Positions 59,603-64,000 of a stretch of 64,000 nucleotides of DNA are shown in pieces; the stretch's first letter is position 1; each line of letters begins with the position of its first letter. The notes under the pieces are model-generated. The model did not search any database. It was given only the letters and a program-made list of their open reading frames with translations, and was not told where the DNA came from. The position numbers and the translations under genes are program-made. The stretch is from a virus: IMG/VR virus record IMGVR_UViG_3300028388_004019, positions 119,756-183,755 of that record; one strand, given 5' to 3'.

Positions 59603-60982
59603 TTATTTTATAATTTTTGACATCAAATCCTTCATTCTCATGAATTGTGGATTCTCATATGTCTTAGATTCGATAAGATTAGCAGATGAACCTTTCACTG
59701 GACTCTTAGACACTTTCTCAGAAACTGATTCTGAAATTGTGTTAGCTTCCTTGCTTTCAAATTCTTCTTTCAAAGTCTTATACAAACCTTTTGATTCTTT
59801 CAATGTTTCTACTGAATCGAATCTTCTGAGGATATTGATTTTCTCTTGCTTAGTGGTAGTGTTCTCTGTGAACAAACGTGTAGCGTAAGCCAAGTTAGAG
59901 TTGAATACTGCAACCTCGTTCAACTTCTCTTTGAAGATGTTAAGTGCCTTACGGTACTCTTCATTCTTTTCTCTAAGTTGTTGTAACTCTTTTTCTGTAC
60001 CTTCACCCAATCGAGCTTTGTTTGGTACTGAATGAGGTCTTGGTAAACCTTTAGATTTGTCAGAAGATGCATTCTGTCCAGCAGCGTGACTTCTCACCAT
60101 ACCTTCAGTAGCTTCACCTTCTTCCATTTCACCTTCTTGGTAATCACCTTCAGCCATTTCCTCTTCTCTTGTTTCGAAATGTGCATCGTCTCTTCTTGCT
60201 TTTTTAGAATCTAAATCCTTGTCAGCAATTTTACCATGCTTCATTCCTTCTCTTTCGTCTTCACGGTCATCATAACCCTGACCTTCAGCCATTTCCTCTT
60301 CTTTATACTCTTCTTCCATATCGTCTTCTTCAGATACTTCGATTTCGTAAACAACTTCGTCCATTTCTTCTTCCATGTCACCTTCGTGCATTTCTTCTTC
60401 CATATCACCCTCAGCCATTTCTTCCTCTTTCTCTTCTGATTCCATTTGGATTTTGTATTCAACGTCAGCTTCTTCGTCTTTGAGTACAACATCGTCACCA
60501 TCTTGAGAGATGATAATTCCGTCTTCTTCACCCATAGCTTTGAAAACCTTTAAGATTTCCTCGTCAGATGCTCCTGTCAAATCAAGAGGTAAAAGAACTT
60601 CTTCTTCATCATCAACTTCCAACTCATCACCAGGTAAGTCCATATCCAACATATCCTCTACATCTTCCATGTCCATTTCCTCGCCTTCGTCTTCCATTTC
60701 TGAATCTTCATCAGACATGTCAACCATGTCTTCTACGTCTTCAATGTCAAGTTCCATTTCTTGTTCAGCCATTTCTGACCCTTCTTCCATTTTTGAACTT
60801 TCTTCCATTTCGACCATGTCAACCTCCTCTTCCTCAGAGAGCGATTCTTTTACTAATTCACTGATTTCTTCCTTCATAGTAGAAGCAAGTATTCCTTTTG
60901 CATTTTCCGTTACGGCTTCTTCCAAATTTTTCATTTGAAGTAGTGCCTCTTCAACTAATGATTTTTTAGTTTCGTTCGCCAT
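59603..60982 (-). CDS. Prohead core/scaffold protein (gp22-like)
   Basis: Very acidic with a coiled-coil C-terminus; lies directly upstream of the MCP. Confidence 0.85.
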   Translation of the reverse strand: MANETKKSLVEEALLQMKNLEEAVTENAKGILASTMKEEISELVKESLSEEEEVDMVEMEESSKMEEGSEMAEQEMELDIEDVEDMVDMSDEDSEMEDEGEEMDMEDVEDMLDMDLPGDELEVDDEEEVLLPLDLTGASDEEILKVFKAMGEEDGIIISQDGDDVVLKDEEADVEYKIQMESEEKEEEMAEGDMEEEMHEGDMEEEMDEVVYEIEVSEEDDMEEEYKEEEMAEGQGYDDREDEREGMKHGKIADKDLDSKKARRDDAHFETREEEMAEGDYQEGEMEEGEATEGMVRSHAAGQNASSDKSKGLPRPHSVPNKARLGEGTEKELQQLREKNEEYRKALNIFKEKLNEVAVFNSNLAYATRLFTENTTTKQEKINILRRFDSVETLKESKGLYKTLKEEFESKEANTISESVSEKVSKSPVKGSSANLIESKTYENPQFMRMKDLMSKIIK

Positions 60983-61123
60983 TTTTTACTTTTTGCGCAA
61001 ATGTTTATTTATTCGTATACTATAAATATTACAAAAACACAAAAAATATCATTTTTGAAATATTAGGGCATAAAAAAATCGGAAGTCACCCTCCGATTCT
61101 TTAGTTTTTTGGTTTGGTTTTTG

Positions 61124-61333
61124 TTATTCGTAAACCTCGTCGATTTTACTTTCAGCACATGCGGTGATTCTCCAATCATGTGGGAAACCCTCGAATTTCT
61201 TAGTAACTTTAGATTCAACTTCTGTTACGTTGTATCCTCTTACAAGTTTCTCTTCTCTGATTTTTTTAATCTTTCCTGAGTTCTCATCAGGTAGGTCATA
61301 CTGAATTTTTGCTACGAAATATTTCTCATCCAT
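61124..61333 (-). CDS. Small hypothetical protein
   Basis: ORF between protease and scaffold, followed by a hairpin at about 61077-61098. Confidence 0.7.
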   Translation of the reverse strand: MDEKYFVAKIQYDLPDENSGKIKKIREEKLVRGYNVTEVESKVTKKFEGFPHDWRITACAESKIDEVYE

Positions 61334-61347
61334 GGTTATAAAAATTT

Positions 61348-62067
61348 TTAATTACCTAAATAATCGGATAATCTTCTCATTAAGTCAATAGACGCACCCA
61401 TTCCACCATCAATTCTTGCTTCAGGTTCAGGTCTTTTTTCTTCTTCTAAGTTTTCTTCGTATTTACCTTTATCGTCCTTATTAAGGAAAAGGTATGCGCC
61501 AGGTGTAGATGGAGACGATACAAGGTCAAAACAGATAAGTTCAAAATCTTCTTGTACTTCGTTTCTTTCACCCTTCTTAGCTAATGAACCTACACCACGT
61601 GAGGATACACCCATGGTAACACCTTGTCTCATTAAGTTCGCCGCTTGGTCACCAGGACAAGAAACAACACCACTATCGTGGAAACCAGGTGAAGTTAATA
61701 ATTTTAACTTACCCATCAATGTATTACCTTCCCACCACATATCAGTGATAAGGTGTGATACACGGTCCAAATCAATCAATGATGATTCAGGGTGGTTCAA
61801 CTCAGAAATGGATAAACCTTTATTGATAGCCCCTTGATATCTTTCGGCTTCTCTTCTTAATATTTTTTCAGGGTAAACACGACCATTTCTATTTGGTGTG
61901 TCGAATTTTTGTAATACGGCATAAAACTCAAATGGTTTCGAGTGGTCCAACTGACCATACGATTCTTTGATAACTTCAGCATTACGGCTATCGTGTGGGT
62001 TTACATATCCAGCATCCCATTCAATCAATATTCCCTTCCCTGTATCTTGTGGTCCTAAAACTCTCAT
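61348..62067 (-). CDS. gp21: Prohead protease (T4 gp21-like, S77/U9)
   Basis: NRNGRVYP, ELNHP, VSH, GVSSRGVGS, FDLVSSPSTPGA. Confidence 0.93.
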   Translation of the reverse strand: MRVLGPQDTGKGILIEWDAGYVNPHDSRNAEVIKESYGQLDHSKPFEFYAVLQKFDTPNRNGRVYPEKILRREAERYQGAINKGLSISELNHPESSLIDLDRVSHLITDMWWEGNTLMGKLKLLTSPGFHDSGVVSCPGDQAANLMRQGVTMGVSSRGVGSLAKKGERNEVQEDFELICFDLVSSPSTPGAYLFLNKDDKGKYEENLEEEKRPEPEARIDGGMGASIDLMRRLSDYLGN

Positions 62068-62105
62068 ATGAATAAATCTTTATTATAAATACTTAGAAAT
62101 GGGGA

Positions 62106-62504
62106 TTATTCTATGATGATGTCCCACTCACTTATTTCTATACCAATATACTTTGTATATTTTTTATTCATCACTTCAGCAACTCTGTTATTAATAACAT
62201 GACCTAATGATAAATCTTCTCCTGAATAGATGTCTTTGATTGCCCAAGTCATTGCGAAACTAGTCACATCTTGTTCACCGTAATAGGTATATAGGATTTT
62301 ATCGACACCAACTCTAACAGATACATCACTATCCTCTATGTCTCCTTCTAATATTACGTGACGAAATGTCACAACAGTAAAATCCTCCTCCACTGTAAAA
62401 TCGGATGGGTCAATAATATTGTTAAGGTCATCAATAGCGGTGTTACCCTCACTGATGACCTTTCTCAATTTTTGTAGTTGTGATTCTGTAATTTTGATTT
62501 TCAC
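62106..62504 (-). CDS. Hypothetical protein with ITESQL leader
   Basis: MKIKITESQLQKLRKVISE; preceded by TATTTATC. Confidence 0.65.
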   Translation of the reverse strand: MKIKITESQLQKLRKVISEGNTAIDDLNNIIDPSDFTVEEDFTVVTFRHVILEGDIEDSDVSVRVGVDKILYTYYGEQDVTSFAMTWAIKDIYSGEDLSLGHVINNRVAEVMNKKYTKYIGIEISEWDIIIE

Positions 62505-62515
62505 GAAAAAGGTCT

Positions 62516-62965
62516 TTATGATAAATATTCTTTCTTTTTCGTTTTGGTCTTAGATAGTGTAAAATAATCTGAAGACATCAACTCATCTGAATATATTGAC
62601 TTACATATTTTCTTTACACGGTCTCTCAAAATAATTGATTTGAAATCCATATGTTCTTTTATGAATAATGTGACTTCTAAATTCATAAAAGATTTTTTAC
62701 CCATTTGAATACCACTTGTTCTTAAGTCTAAATCTACGATATTATGTGTTTCGAAAATTAATGGGTCAACACACTCTAATAAGTTGTGTTTAATGTTGCG
62801 ATTTAAGTTTCCGTTTATTCTGTTCCAATTGTCACTTTCAACAGTTGGCTCAATCCATGATTGAATTGAAATATAAATTGATTTTAAGTTTTGTGCATCT
62901 ACAGTTCCATAACTACACTTAGCGTTTTCGAAAATATTTAATTTCGAACTTTTACCTTTTTTCAT
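62516..62965 (-). CDS. Hypothetical protein
   Basis: ORF with its own sigma70-type promoter. Confidence 0.75.
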   Translation of the reverse strand: MKKGKSSKLNIFENAKCSYGTVDAQNLKSIYISIQSWIEPTVESDNWNRINGNLNRNIKHNLLECVDPLIFETHNIVDLDLRTSGIQMGKKSFMNLEVTLFIKEHMDFKSIILRDRVKKICKSIYSDELMSSDYFTLSKTKTKKKEYLS

Positions 62966-63003
62966 ATATTCTTCATATATCTTCTCGTTTATTTGTTGAT
63001 AAA

Positions 63004-63063
63004 AGTATAAGAAACATTTCCTCCTCAGTCAAAATTTGACTTAAAAAAACTATTTATTATAAT
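63004..63063. promoter_or_regulatory. Divergent promoter pair with back-to-back -35 boxes
   Basis: Minus strand TTGACT-N17-TATACT (63032-63004); plus strand TTGACT-N16-TATAAT (63036-63063); TATTTATT at 63051. Confidence 0.75.
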
Positions 63064-63071
63064 AGTCAAGT

Positions 63072-63266
63072 ATGATAGTAGTAAAAGTAGATAAGAAAAA
63101 AGGTGGTATTGAGAGAGCTCTCAAGAATTATAAGTATAAGGTTATAAAGACCAAACAACTCAATAATTTACGAGAAGGAAGATATCACACCAAAAAAACC
63201 ACAAAGAGAAGAAAACAATTAGAGAAAGCCAAGTATGTGGAAAAATTAAAGGGTTCAGAAGACTGA
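63072..63266 (+). CDS. rpsU: Ribosomal protein bS21 (phage-encoded)
   Basis: 64 aa and basic; V.V....IERALK.YK.K...K.L...R....YHTKKT..RR matches the bS21 pattern. Confidence 0.85.
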   Translation: MIVVKVDKKKGGIERALKNYKYKVIKTKQLNNLREGRYHTKKTTKRRKQLEKAKYVEKLKGSED

Positions 63267-63276
63267 ACCCTTTTTT
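63248..63276 (+). terminator. Intrinsic terminator overlapping the bS21 stop codon
   Basis: gggttcag-aaga-ctgaaccc followed by tttttt. Confidence 0.85.
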
Positions 63277-63278
63277 AA

Positions 63279-64000
63279 TTATAGACCTGAATGTAATTGT
63301 TTCAGTTTGTATAGTGAAACTAAATCGTTTTCACTTTCATTAATTTTAGATATTGTATTATTAACTTTCTCAGTTAATTCTTTGTCAGTACTTTCAGTCA
63401 AAGTGGATTGAAGTTTACCAATAACCGACTCTTTCAATTCAGTCATTTCTTTTACAATTTCTTCTTTTGTCATTGATAATAATCCTTTCAATTCTTCTTT
63501 ATCAGATTCGTTGATATTATCGTATTCTTTGTTGAATGTATTCGATGCGATTTTCAACATTGTAGATAATGGTAAGTTTACAGATTCTTTGATTACATCT
63601 TCAATCTTTGTTTCAGAAAGTGCTCTCTCAATCTTTAATTTTGATTCCACTACCGCTTCCAATTTTGTTAAAGACTTTTCATAGATAACGTTATCAATAT
63701 CTACATAATTATTCTCAACAGATTCATCTAAAAGTTCATTAACCCATTTAGATAATTCTTCGATTTTTTCTTTGTTATTTGTGATGATGTCATTTAACTT
63801 TTCAAACGACTCATTTACATATACTGAAGCAACTTCTTTAGACAAACCTTTTTGTGAACTTAATTCGTCATAAAGGTAATAGGCTTCAGCCAAATTTTTG
63901 TCACCCAAGATTCTCTTTTTGAAACCCTGAAGATTAGACTTGAAAGATTCTTTACCGTAAGTAGAAACTAACGTTTTTTCAATCTTTGATTTAATAGCAC
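63279..64000 (-). CDS. Helical head-cluster protein, start lies beyond the right edge
   Basis: The frame stays open to the window end (AIKSKIEKTLVSTYGKESF...), so the ORF-track start at 63908 is internal. Confidence 0.7.
   Translation of the reverse strand, partial: AIKSKIEKTLVSTYGKESFKSNLQGFKKRILGDKNLAEAYYLYDELSSQKGLSKEVASVYVNESFEKLNDIITNNKEKIEELSKWVNELLDESVENNYVDIDNVIYEKSLTKLEAVVESKLKIERALSETKIEDVIKESVNLPLSTMLKIASNTFNKEYDNINESDKEELKGLLSMTKEEIVKEMTELKESVIGKLQSTLTESTDKELTEKVNNTISKINESENDLVSLYKLKQLHSGL

Noticed and set aside
7854-62091. TATAAATA as a standard T4 late promoter
   Set aside because: At every site it lies on the strand opposite the adjacent downstream gene, so the sense motif is TATTTATA
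1-64000. Stop-codon reassignment as in some huge phages
   Set aside because: Core genes are full length in the standard code and both TAA and TGA terminate genes; there is no fragmentation
1-64000. tRNA or other structured RNA genes
   Set aside because: Intergenic gaps are short and explained by promoters and terminators; no cloverleaf motifs were recognised by eye (tRNAscan/Infernal would be decisive)

Overview
A 64 kb segment of a large T4-like (myovirus) phage genome, AT-rich and read in the standard genetic code. It holds the core morphogenesis genes: major capsid, scaffold, prohead protease, neck, sheath, tube, tape measure and baseplate/spike. It also carries a family-B DNA polymerase, an SNF2 helicase, a gp55-like sigma factor, PhoH, dUTPase, a Mn-SOD fusion and a phage ribosomal protein bS21. 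bS21 beside the head genes and A-rich start contexts without a Shine-Dalgarno sequence point to a Bacteroidota host (inference). The most striking accessory content is two ~1100-aa Thr/Pro/Ser mucin-like virion proteins, close to a ~12 kb glycan-modification locus (GT2, GT4, GT-D, two sulfotransferases, pyruvyltransferase, DegT, UDP-sugar dehydrogenase). This suggests a glycosylated, sulfated phage coat. Other signals read from the sequence are: a recurring TATTTATA late-promoter motif (the reverse complement of T4's), canonical sigma70 promoters overlapping it on the opposite strand, a candidate +1 frameshift (UUU_CGU_C) in the tail chaperone, an OmpA-like domain inserted in a baseplate protein, and a family of proteins sharing an I-T/S-E-x-Q-L motif that may target them to the capsid. 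All annotations come from motif recognition by eye; no searches were run.
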